64,000 bases of DNA from IMG/VR virus record IMGVR_UViG_3300010224_000001, positions 160,001-224,000 of that record; one strand, 5' to 3'. Within the stretch, counting starts at the first letter, position 1. Each line of letters starts with the position of its first letter. The notes beneath the pieces were generated by a model. The model ran no database searches, had not been told where the DNA came from, and saw nothing but the letters and a program-made list of their open reading frames with translations. The DNA comes from a virus. The position numbers and the translations under genes were made by a program. Shown here one piece after another: positions 9,850-18,574 of this stretch.

Positions 9850-10252
9850 CCTGGTTCTCCTTTGCTAACTTGCGAGCATGCAGGACGATAAAGGAAGAAT
9901 GATAAGTGGACTCGTGGCACACTTTCAATTCTCCCTCGTCATTGTAAAGTCCATACTCTACTAGTTGATTAAAGATTCCTTGGGCATAATGCTGAAGCGT
10001 CTCTTCTAATTCTTCATCGAGAGGATTTCCAACATCCCTCATACTGACGAGATGTTCTTTATAACTATCGAGCGCCGTTGCCTTATATTCAAAATGCGCA
10101 AGCATTTCTTCATGTAAAGCTTCGATGTACATTTCTTCAGCGGAAATCATATTCGGATCAGAAGGTTCGTTCATGATCCGGTTATACGCTGCAATATACT
10201 TTCTTGTCTCTTCTCTTATACCTAGTAGGTAGACTTTAAGTTTAGTCGTCAT
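9827..10252 (-). CDS. Hypothetical protein (paralog family A)
   Basis: ORF; QLVEYGLY motif. Confidence 0.7.
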   Translation of the reverse strand: MTTKLKVYLLGIREETRKYIAAYNRIMNEPSDPNMISAEEMYIEALHEEMLAHFEYKATALDSYKEHLVSMRDVGNPLDEELEETLQHYAQGIFNQLVEYGLYNDEGELKVCHESTYHSSFIVLHARKLAKENQDEQSTQG

Positions 10253-10685
10253 AGGGTCGCAATACTAATGAATGTCCCATCATGCTATCGTAAACATATT
10301 TGGACACGAGATAAGTATCACGCAACCCGTATTCATAGGTCTGGGTAATAATGTCACGTGCGACTTCCATCCAGAGATAGCGCTGCATAGAAGTAAACTG
10401 GTAAAACGTGTATTCTTGAGCACGATCTAAACAATCGTCGATAGTGCGCTTTAAATGCTCGACGGTGTGAAAGTTCAGGTAATGCTCAAGGCTACTAAAC
10501 AAGTCGTTCATGAACAGATCCAATTCAATCGGATCGTCTAGATTGACTACACAAATTTCTCGATTCTTGATACACTCATTACGCACCATTTGTAGAAGAT
10601 GCGCGGTATTGAGAATGATGCGATGATCTTTCTGTTGGATGAATACACCATCAGGCGTATCGTTGACGACTACACCTCTTTGCAT
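10242..10685 (-). CDS. Hypothetical protein (paralog family A)
   Basis: ORF with AAGGAG RBS; QTYEYGL motif. Confidence 0.7.
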   Translation of the reverse strand: MQRGVVVNDTPDGVFIQQKDHRIILNTAHLLQMVRNECIKNREICVVNLDDPIELDLFMNDLFSSLEHYLNFHTVEHLKRTIDDCLDRAQEYTFYQFTSMQRYLWMEVARDIITQTYEYGLRDTYLVSKYVYDSMMGHSLVLRPYDD

Positions 10686-10696
10686 CTTATCTCCTT

Positions 10697-11293
10697 TTAA
10701 GAAGAAGCTTCGAACAACTTACTCCACTCATCCACTGATTCAGATTTGTCTGAATAAGAAGCATCAATAGCTTCTGCATATGGGCGAATGGGTAATGTGT
10801 TAAGTACGAAGCTATGATCGTCATTGAAATACATCTGCAGAATCACATAGTTCTCAGCATCGACTTCAGTTTCATGCATGAGAATTTCAATGATACTACG
10901 CGAACACATTGTTTCCATCATACCCGCGATGAGATCACGGCGATGGTTAAACGACCACATGAGGTTACTTAGCGCACCTGCGTTACTACGGTCACACATC
11001 GTCGTATTGCCGATGATCTTTTCTTCATCAACATAGACTGAACCTAACGCACTAACTGACCAATGAAAGTTATGCCGAGTAGGATTCCCTACCGAAGCTA
11101 ACTTAACATTCAGATGAAAGCATTGCAAATAGTCTTCTACATCCTTACTCGGTCTAGTGACTGAGACTTCACAGAAGTCACCTTTTACACGGGCAAAGTT
11201 GTACTTTACAATTCCTTCCTCAGAATCAATTGTCGAATGGGTACGTGGCATAACCACATAAAGCTTTTTGTGTCGATAGATGCAGATGCTCAT
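10697..11293 (-). CDS. Hypothetical protein
   Basis: 198-aa ORF in operon. Confidence 0.65.
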   Translation of the reverse strand: MSICIYRHKKLYVVMPRTHSTIDSEEGIVKYNFARVKGDFCEVSVTRPSKDVEDYLQCFHLNVKLASVGNPTRHNFHWSVSALGSVYVDEEKIIGNTTMCDRSNAGALSNLMWSFNHRRDLIAGMMETMCSRSIIEILMHETEVDAENYVILQMYFNDDHSFVLNTLPIRPYAEAIDASYSDKSESVDEWSKLFEASS

Positions 11294-11381
11294 TTTGTTC
11301 TTCTTGACGTAAAGTGGCTGTCAATAGATACCGAACTGCAGTTAGCTTTTACAGTTTTATAGTCAAAAAGAAATCATGCAA

Positions 11382-11978
11382 TTACCATGGACGAGATACT
11401 TCCTCAATTACTTTGCCCATTTGGATGTAGCCGTTTGGCCGAATCACTTCATGCGTTTTGCCATTAACTAAGAACGTAGGTCGCATTGACGAGGTCAAAC
11501 TCTTTGCTGATACGACATTTCTTCTTTTGATTAGAAAGGTAAGACGTATCATCATCTTGGTGTGAGAACCAATGGGATTTTCTTTGACTAACTTATCAAA
11601 CTCTTCCTTTGTGTAAAAGTAAGGCTGATAAATCGGATCGTTAGTCACAACACGATGAATCACTGCACCCATTTGCTCCGTAAACTTCTTCAAGTATTTA
11701 TACGGAACACACAAGGTCGGACATAACTCCATTGCTTGAACCAGAACGCTATCTATCACTTCTTCGATTGAATTATTGATGTTTAGTTCTGTAGCCACTT
11801 GATCAGAAGTTAACGTCTTAGCAACTGGTACAGCAAAATCAAAGGTTGCACCATAGAGGTTATCTGGGTTAGCAGGATCGTCGACAGGCATAAGCCTAAC
11901 ATTAGCTATAAACTTGTTGATATGGCTTTTCTGATCATCGCTAAGATTACTGATAAGATCTTTGATAAAATCCGGCAC
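11382..11978 (-). CDS. Hypothetical protein (paralog family B)
   Basis: GTG start after AGGAG; MPDFIK...LMPVD...NDPIYQPY shared with the neighbouring gene. Confidence 0.75.
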   Translation of the reverse strand: MPDFIKDLISNLSDDQKSHINKFIANVRLMPVDDPANPDNLYGATFDFAVPVAKTLTSDQVATELNINNSIEEVIDSVLVQAMELCPTLCVPYKYLKKFTEQMGAVIHRVVTNDPIYQPYFYTKEEFDKLVKENPIGSHTKMMIRLTFLIKRRNVVSAKSLTSSMRPTFLVNGKTHEVIRPNGYIQMGKVIEEVSRPW

Positions 11979-11991
11979 AATACTACTCCTT

Positions 11992-12585
11992 TTATTTCGT
12001 GTAAGGCATAGACTCAATAGGTGGGGTAAATTTGATTCTATCAGTTTCACCCGAGACGATGGAATCTGTTATACCTACTACAAACACCACTGGTTGGTCA
12101 ACCGATGTCTCTGGAATAAGTTCCTTAGAGTTCATGACCTTAAAAACAAGATGAAACCATAGCTTACAATGGAGCTTGTCAGGTTCACTATCCAACAGTT
12201 GCCGGTATTGTTCAAGCGGATGTAGATAAGGTTGGTATATTGGATCGTTAAATGCAATTTTTCTAACTGTCTGTTCAGCATCGTGTAGAAACATTTTTAC
12301 AAATTCGTCTCCTGCATATAAGTCAGGAAATTGATGAATCGCTTGATCCATTAATTTGTTTACAGTTTCTTCGATTAATCGAAACATATCTTTCTTGTGA
12401 TTGATTTGTTTCTCTGGGGTATTTTTATAGTAACCTAATGGAAAGTGGACTTCAGCTTTACAGTATACACCGGGTGACTTTTCTTGATCGACCGGAGTAA
12501 GTTTAACTTCCCTTACAGCCGTGAGAAAGTTATTCTCTAAATCATTGGCGGCTTTGGCAACTAGTTTCTTGATGAAATCAGACAT
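11992..12585 (-). CDS. Hypothetical protein (paralog family B)
   Basis: MSDFIK...LTPVD...NDPIYQPY. Confidence 0.75.
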   Translation of the reverse strand: MSDFIKKLVAKAANDLENNFLTAVREVKLTPVDQEKSPGVYCKAEVHFPLGYYKNTPEKQINHKKDMFRLIEETVNKLMDQAIHQFPDLYAGDEFVKMFLHDAEQTVRKIAFNDPIYQPYLHPLEQYRQLLDSEPDKLHCKLWFHLVFKVMNSKELIPETSVDQPVVFVVGITDSIVSGETDRIKFTPPIESMPYTK

Positions 12586-12643
12586 GATCTACCTCTTATT
12601 GATTATTAGGTCATAAAAGCCAGCCTTACTTGGCTGGCTGTCA

Positions 12644-12967
12644 TTATTCGTTGGCAGCCCAGTAGAAAGCTTCAACTCGGCCATGCATGAAGGCAATGAA
12701 ACGCGTAGCTGCTTCGACTACCACATCGTTACCATAGCGGTAGGTCAAACGAGCACGACGGTTATCATGTTTGTCGAACACCACTTTCCAGTTGTTGTTA
12801 AGGTCAACTACGTATTCATCTGTCCGTCCAGGCACAACTTCATACGGAATATTGTTGATCTCTTTACCGTGGGTGAAGAACCGCGATATAAATTCAGCAA
12901 AACCTTTGCGTTTTTCATCATTATCGAACGCAGCATTATTTGCCATCTGAACGTAGAGTGTGCCCAT
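12644..12967 (-). CDS. Hypothetical protein
   Basis: ORF with GAGGA RBS, flanked by terminators. Confidence 0.7.
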   Translation of the reverse strand: MGTLYVQMANNAAFDNDEKRKGFAEFISRFFTHGKEINNIPYEVVPGRTDEYVVDLNNNWKVVFDKHDNRRARLTYRYGNDVVVEAATRFIAFMHGRVEAFYWAANE

Positions 12968-13019
12968 ATCTTCCTCTTGTTATTGAAAGAGCCAGCATAA
13001 AAGCTGGCCCTTATGACGT

Positions 13020-13595
13020 TTAGCTGAACAGATCTTTCGCGCTGATAACTTCACCAGCTTTGATCTGAGCACCCAAACGATCTTGATAGATGCCAGAATA
13101 GATCGGCGCTTTCTCAGGCTGATACTGGTGTATGTCGAACGTTTCGTCTTTCTTACCAGTCGTCTTCAGGTGTTCCTGACGCTTGGCTTCGCGAGAGCGC
13201 TTCTCTTCGTCTTGAGCATTGTGGATACCCCAGACGACGCCGTGCGCTACTTCACGTTTGCTCAGATTAGGTTTGTTAGCCCATTCTTCAGCAATCTCGA
13301 AGTCACGATTCAAGTGCTTCTTGGCTTCACCGCTAAGAGTCTCTTTCCATTCTTCAGTGATCAGCTTGGAACTCTCGATGTTGCGAGTGCGTTGCTCCGG
13401 TGTGATTTCTTCACCAGATTCTTCGACCATCGCTTCGACTTCCAGATTCGAGTCTGGATATTTCGCCAGCAATACGTCACGTACTTGCTTCGAAACATCT
13501 TCACCGAGTTGAATAGCTTCCTGCGGAGTCAGGTTTTTCACTTGACCACCACCCATGACCATTACGTCATAGCTTTTCTTTTCTTGATCACTCAC
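13020..13595 (-). CDS. Hypothetical protein (paralog family C, IAExW..KP..HGV / SAKDLF tail)
   Basis: FEIAEEWANKPNLSKREVAHGVVW...SAKDLFS. Confidence 0.8.
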   Translation of the reverse strand: MSDQEKKSYDVMVMGGGQVKNLTPQEAIQLGEDVSKQVRDVLLAKYPDSNLEVEAMVEESGEEITPEQRTRNIESSKLITEEWKETLSGEAKKHLNRDFEIAEEWANKPNLSKREVAHGVVWGIHNAQDEEKRSREAKRQEHLKTTGKKDETFDIHQYQPEKAPIYSGIYQDRLGAQIKAGEVISAKDLFS

Positions 13596-13606
13596 TTGAT
13601 TCTCCT

Positions 13607-14365
13607 TTAGTCAAACAAGTCTTTAGCTGAAGGCATCAGACCATCTTTGATCTTGGTAGCCATATTGGCGTCATACAGCTGTGCGTATTCTGCGCCAGGA
13701 TCAATCGTGTTGATATATTGACCGTTCTGATAACCGTAGGTATCGCCGAAGTTCTTCTGCATTTCCCACGCAACACCATGAGCTGCTTGCGCCGCAGTGA
13801 TGTTCGGCTTCTGGCTCCAGCGTTCTGCGATATCGAAAGTCTTCTTCTGACCTTCCATACGCAGCGCGGCAATGTAATCGGAGACGCTCTTGAGCGCGTT
13901 ATCACGCTGGTCAGCGAATTCAATCATCTCCTCTTTTGAAGAAGTGCTGTCAATCCGCGCCGGATTGTTGTGCAACAGTTCATCAGTCGCTCGCGCCGCA
14001 AAGCCGACGATGGCGCGAGCGTCCGGACGAGTCGTTTCAGATTGAGGACCGCGATTATTATAATGCGGGCTCGAATAGCGCGGGCTAGGCGTATTGGTAC
14101 TAGCCAGAATAGCCCCCTGTTCTGGCGTAATGTTACCTACAGCCACATCGTGTATGTAACTCTTGATGTATGCGTAGTCGCCGCCGTGTTGAAGTTTCAG
14201 GTCGCTGATGAACTCTTCGACTCGCTTCAATTTCTCAGGTTCTTCGCTATACGCACTTCGTGCATCAGTTTTGAGAGCTTCAGTAATCCGCGTGTCAACC
14301 GCATCATACATCCGCGAATCGTAGTAAGAGCGATGTCCACCATATCGGCCTAGGTCGTAGCACAT
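13607..14365 (-). CDS. Hypothetical protein (paralog family C)
   Basis: FDIAERWSQKPNITAAQAAHGVAW...SAKDLFD. Confidence 0.8.
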   Translation of the reverse strand: MCYDLGRYGGHRSYYDSRMYDAVDTRITEALKTDARSAYSEEPEKLKRVEEFISDLKLQHGGDYAYIKSYIHDVAVGNITPEQGAILASTNTPSPRYSSPHYNNRGPQSETTRPDARAIVGFAARATDELLHNNPARIDSTSSKEEMIEFADQRDNALKSVSDYIAALRMEGQKKTFDIAERWSQKPNITAAQAAHGVAWEMQKNFGDTYGYQNGQYINTIDPGAEYAQLYDANMATKIKDGLMPSAKDLFD

Positions 14366-14382
14366 GTTCTTTTCTTCCTTTC

Positions 14383-14877
14383 TTAGTCGAACAACTCTTT
14401 TGCACTCTTAGCCAGAAACTCTTTGATTTCTGACGCTTTGTTATTGTCGTAGAACGAAGCATACTCAGGAGCACGATAGCTCGGTTCTACGGGAGCGTTA
14501 TCTACAGGGAGATCTGGATTGACATCCTGCAGTTCTTCAAACACTCGCATCCGGCGGTCATAATCTTCTTGAGCACGAAGATCACGCACACGATGCATTT
14601 CCCAGACTACGCCATGACAGCGTTCAGCATTCGTGAGGCTGGGCTTAGCAGCCCAACGCTCAGCGATTGCGAATTCTTGTTCATACATTGCCCGGCGTTT
14701 TTCATCGACTTTGTCCTTCCAGCCAGCAACTGGAACGACCTCGATTGGATAATTGATATCTGGTTCCGGTAACGGATGACCTTCGCCAGCAGGAATCGTA
14801 GGAAAGTCAAGACCTTCCATGTCTTCCATTTTATCGTAAACCAGATCTAAATCACGATCATTAAAATCGTCACTCAT
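14383..14877 (-). CDS. Hypothetical protein (paralog family C)
   Basis: FAIAERWAAKPSLTNAERCHGVVW...SAKELFD. Confidence 0.8.
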   Translation of the reverse strand: MSDDFNDRDLDLVYDKMEDMEGLDFPTIPAGEGHPLPEPDINYPIEVVPVAGWKDKVDEKRRAMYEQEFAIAERWAAKPSLTNAERCHGVVWEMHRVRDLRAQEDYDRRMRVFEELQDVNPDLPVDNAPVEPSYRAPEYASFYDNNKASEIKEFLAKSAKELFD

Positions 14878-14906
14878 TTCAGCAGACTCCTTTCTAGAGA
14901 GGTAGC

Positions 14907-15254
14907 TTAGGTATTAAAGAAATCGTAGATAAACTTTGCCGCCTTATAATACTCGTCGCATGTAAAATTGTGAACACCAGCTTGCACTGGAGCAACTTGC
15001 GTTGTCGAGTTAGGATCCTGATGCTCGCCGACAAACACACAAGCAGCATCGTTACCATTTCGAGAAGCGTAGACCCAGACGACTTTACCGGACACTTGGT
15101 CGAGTACACGTAAGGCAGAAACATCACCTAACGTTTCAGGACCCACCGCTAACTTGACATCAGTTACGACGTTATCATTGTCGTTAATTACCAGCAGACA
15201 AGCTACCACGGCTTCAGCAATCAACAAACTTGAATCTTTTTGAATCGTCAGCAT
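14907..15254 (-). CDS. Hypothetical protein
   Basis: ORF with RBS. Confidence 0.65.
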   Translation of the reverse strand: MLTIQKDSSLLIAEAVVACLLVINDNDNVVTDVKLAVGPETLGDVSALRVLDQVSGKVVWVYASRNGNDAACVFVGEHQDPNSTTQVAPVQAGVHNFTCDEYYKAAKFIYDFFNT

Positions 15255-15270
15255 TGTAAATTCCCTTTGT

Positions 15271-15825
15271 TTAGATTTCCCAACTACCTTTAAATTTACG
15301 GATCATAGAAGACCGACCATGATCCTTACCTGGAAGCTTTGCCCATTGTTCAGTGGCAGAGAGAGCTAACAGGTTCACAACATCACGCCTTATGTCTCTA
15401 GAGACAGAATGATCTAGTCTTAGAACGATAAAGGTTTCTGGCAGATCAATCTCTTTGCCAGTTTGGAGAAGATAGGAACCGTAAGGAGGTTCGCCCCTCA
15501 TGATCTCTTCGCAGAACAACATGTTGGCTTGTTTGCTTTTCTCGAAAGACTCCTCGATAACCTGGATGCCAGGAAATAGTTCTAGTGAACGCACCACAAG
15601 CTTGTGATGAAGTTCTTCCCAGAGGTTATCAATGAATGCTTTTACTTTGTCACGTTCTTCCTGTTTTGAAACTCGGAATGTGAATGGAATAAGTGTAGAA
15701 GCATACCCCATTGTAGCCGCGATACCCTCTTTCGAAACAAACGGCGGATCGACAATCTCGTAATCTGCTACCGAGATCAGGACAGTGCCGTCGCCGAATG
15801 GTTTTACGAAAGCATCATAATTCAT
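15271..15825 (-). CDS. Hypothetical protein (possible distant family B)
   Basis: ORF; SLELFPG...IMRGEPPY resembles AMELCP...NDPIY. Confidence 0.65.
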   Translation of the reverse strand: MNYDAFVKPFGDGTVLISVADYEIVDPPFVSKEGIAATMGYASTLIPFTFRVSKQEERDKVKAFIDNLWEELHHKLVVRSLELFPGIQVIEESFEKSKQANMLFCEEIMRGEPPYGSYLLQTGKEIDLPETFIVLRLDHSVSRDIRRDVVNLLALSATEQWAKLPGKDHGRSSMIRKFKGSWEI

Positions 15826-16595
15826 GACGGTTCCTCACCAAACAATTCATCGAACAGAAGCTCAATGGATTTCATTGCAGCTTCAATGTCGTAATACAGA
15901 TAAACCTTCTCTTCGTAGAGCGGATTACCGGTCTGTACGAACTCCATCAGAAGCTCGCCTGGCATTTTACGATTCTTTTCTTTATCGTAATTAACCACGT
16001 ACCCGTACCGAGCTAATACATAACCCTTTTTGATGAGGGTGTCAATCAACTCGTAAGCAAGCGCGGTATTGGATCCTCGATCACGTTCGCCATCTGCATC
16101 AGGATGTTCGTAAGCGTAGTTATACGCAACTGTTTGTACTTGTTTGAGATCAGTCTCAGGAGTCATGCTGACATCCTGGAGTAAAGTCTCGACATCGTAA
16201 TCAAACTTGTCTTTATAACCTTCCTTTGTCCCAAGCGCCAAGACCGTCATGGACAGTTCTTCAATCTTGCTGTTGCCAGCTTGATTGATAAGGCGCACGC
16301 AATTAACAAGACCAGTTTCTTCTTTATTGATGATGTTAATATCAGGTCCAGCCGCCGCGAACATGAGTTCCATGCTACTGGCGAATACCTCATGATTAGC
16401 CAGCCGATGTAATGTTTCGTAAAACATCGCTAGCGTGAGATTATAATCATTTTGCGTAGTACCTTTCAGCATACCGTCAAAATGGTCAATGTAAATCTTA
16501 GCACGCTCTCGAATCGTGTTGTTGGCATTAGTGAGGTCTTGTTTGATTTGTTGGCGTTTAGCGAGAGCGTCTTGAAAGTTGGTAATGTTTATCAT
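15822..16595 (-). CDS. Hypothetical protein
   Basis: 257-aa ORF, ATGA-coupled to the downstream gene. Confidence 0.7.
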   Translation of the reverse strand: MINITNFQDALAKRQQIKQDLTNANNTIRERAKIYIDHFDGMLKGTTQNDYNLTLAMFYETLHRLANHEVFASSMELMFAAAGPDINIINKEETGLVNCVRLINQAGNSKIEELSMTVLALGTKEGYKDKFDYDVETLLQDVSMTPETDLKQVQTVAYNYAYEHPDADGERDRGSNTALAYELIDTLIKKGYVLARYGYVVNYDKEKNRKMPGELLMEFVQTGNPLYEEKVYLYYDIEAAMKSIELLFDELFGEEPS

Positions 16596-16600
16596 TTTAG

Positions 16601-16975
16601 TTATTCCTTATCCGTCATCGTTTTTAGCATTTCCGGGACTCGGTAGACTTCATTGTAGAAGTGATCTATCGTAAGCTTAGGATCAGTGATGCTGTAGAAA
16701 CTACGGATCTCTTCTTCCGTATACAAACCGGAATCAAGAAAACCGCTCATCTCTAATGTATCTTTAAACGTTACGTCTTCGAGATCCTGTAATTCCATCT
16801 TAGCCAGCATGGCCTTAGCCATTGCTACTGTAGCGTCGAAATGGATCATGTCTTCCGATACTTGATCAGGAGGCAGCATCTTTGCGCGTAGCTTCTCCAT
16901 ATCGAAAATACTGCGGCGTATCGTCGCGATGTTACTACGCACGGTTTGGGAGCGAACACATTTACTTCGCAACAT
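16601..16975 (-). CDS. Hypothetical protein
   Basis: Start reassigned to MLRSK after AAGGAG. Confidence 0.65.
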   Translation of the reverse strand: MLRSKCVRSQTVRSNIATIRRSIFDMEKLRAKMLPPDQVSEDMIHFDATVAMAKAMLAKMELQDLEDVTFKDTLEMSGFLDSGLYTEEEIRSFYSITDPKLTIDHFYNEVYRVPEMLKTMTDKE

Positions 16976-16985
16976 AACAGTCTCC

Positions 16986-17528
16986 TTAATCAAACAGTTC
17001 TTCAGCAGAGATGGAGGGTCGTTCACGATAGTCATCGTAAGCTTGAGCATGTGCTGCTGCAAAACCGTTGTTTTCAGTTGTGACGATGGGGTGATCGAAA
17101 TTCCAGTTGTACTTATCGTACTCGTTGGATTTATAGTCCGTCACGTAACGATCATCGTTCTTCTGAGGATCGTATTGCGGAATCAAAACCATTGCCGGTA
17201 CGCGACCATGCCCTTTATCTAGCATCTGCAAAATGCTATTAGCAACGCCGTGACAGAGTTCGCTCTGCGTGAGATGCAGAGGCTTGTTATTCGCCCAGTC
17301 TTCCGCGATGTACCAAGCCTGCACGCCAATCTCATTAGCCTGAAGATCATCGCTAGCGGGTTCCATGGGATTGGAAGCGTCCGGATCTTTCTGCTGATCC
17401 AACACAGTAGACCTGACACCCACACCTTGTGGTTTATAGCTGCCCGGTTTTACGACTTCTTCGATCACTCGGTCTATATCACTGCGACCAATCTGATCTA
17501 CGCTGAGTACTTTTCCATCGACTTTCAT
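16986..17528 (-). CDS. Hypothetical protein (paralog family C)
   Basis: WYIAEDWANNKPLHLTQSELCHGVA...SAEELFD. Confidence 0.8.
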   Translation of the reverse strand: MKVDGKVLSVDQIGRSDIDRVIEEVVKPGSYKPQGVGVRSTVLDQQKDPDASNPMEPASDDLQANEIGVQAWYIAEDWANNKPLHLTQSELCHGVANSILQMLDKGHGRVPAMVLIPQYDPQKNDDRYVTDYKSNEYDKYNWNFDHPIVTTENNGFAAAHAQAYDDYRERPSISAEELFD

Positions 17529-17555
17529 GTCACACTCCTTTCTAAGAAGCTACAC

Positions 17556-17978
17556 TTAAATCTTGACGATCTTACGGAAACGACCGCCTACGGCAAAGTT
17601 ATTGATCAGTTCATGCACTGCGTTCGATTTACTTACAGCACCCATTGTGACGCTATGTTGCGTAACTTTATTCTTGACAATGAATTTTGCAAATCGCAGT
17701 GACACAGTTTCTGGCTGGGTACTCTTATTGAGTTTAACCTCGACAAAGCTGTCCATCTTCATACCGAGATCACGGCATGTGAATTTGACAATACCCATCG
17801 GCGCATAATCGCCATTGAAATCAAAGTCGATTTCTGCGGTAGCTTCGAGTGAGCCACTTACGTCAGGGAAGTAGATGCTGCGAGGAGTGCGATTGTTTCG
17901 CAATTCATCAATGAGAGGAAGCATGAAGTTAAATTCTTCACGGTTTTCCAGCTTAGCTTCGTTGATAATAACTTCCAT
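17556..17978 (-). CDS. Hypothetical protein
   Basis: ORF in operon. Confidence 0.65.
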   Translation of the reverse strand: MEVIINEAKLENREEFNFMLPLIDELRNNRTPRSIYFPDVSGSLEATAEIDFDFNGDYAPMGIVKFTCRDLGMKMDSFVEVKLNKSTQPETVSLRFAKFIVKNKVTQHSVTMGAVSKSNAVHELINNFAVGGRFRKIVKI

Positions 17979-17986
17979 TGTTCTTG

Positions 17987-18409
17987 TTACCTTTTCTTGT
18001 TCGTAAAAGTTGATTCAGACAGACTAAAAGAGCGCACAATGCGTTCGAAACTACCCTCAGGGGTAATCTCAAACACAAAGGCGTAAATCGTTTTGGGGCG
18101 CTGTATGTTCTCGCAAATGCGTAACACCAGCTGTCCTGGAATGTTGGACATCCAAGTCAAAGACGCTTTGATCTCGGCTTCTTCGTTATCAAGCTCTTTC
18201 TTGATGCTGAAAACGTAAGTCGCAATCGTATCGGTAATTTGTTGTTTGAGCGCTTTGTTAGGAGTGCAGGTGCGAATCAAATCTGCTAGTGTATCGGCAG
18301 TGGTCCACATCACTGCATTTTGCATGTAGAGGAAAATGCCAGGATGTTCATTTCCTCGGGTAGCACGCATGAAGTTTCTAAACCAGATCGGTTGTTCGAG
18401 CGAATACAT
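17987..18409 (-). CDS. Hypothetical protein
   Basis: ORF in operon. Confidence 0.65.
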   Translation of the reverse strand: MYSLEQPIWFRNFMRATRGNEHPGIFLYMQNAVMWTTADTLADLIRTCTPNKALKQQITDTIATYVFSIKKELDNEEAEIKASLTWMSNIPGQLVLRICENIQRPKTIYAFVFEITPEGSFERIVRSFSLSESTFTNKKR

Positions 18410-18444
18410 GTAAGCTTCTTTCTTGAGTTTTTAATAAACAGGAG

Positions 18445-18558
18445 TCCTCTGGCTGACTCTCTAATGGTAATCTGGCATTCCTCAATTTCAGGATTCCTGC
18501 TGCTGATCGCTCCACTACACGATTCACTTGACAGGCTAGCTGGGTCTACCCGGCCCTT
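18445..18558 (-). ncRNA. Putative TnpB omegaRNA (reRNA) scaffold plus guide
   Basis: Minus strand gggccgggtagacccagctagcctgtcaagtgaatcg...cgatcagcagcaggaa resembles IS605/IS1341-type reRNA scaffolds, directly 3' of tnpB. Confidence 0.65.
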
Positions 18559-18574
18559 GTAAAGTTAAAGTAAT

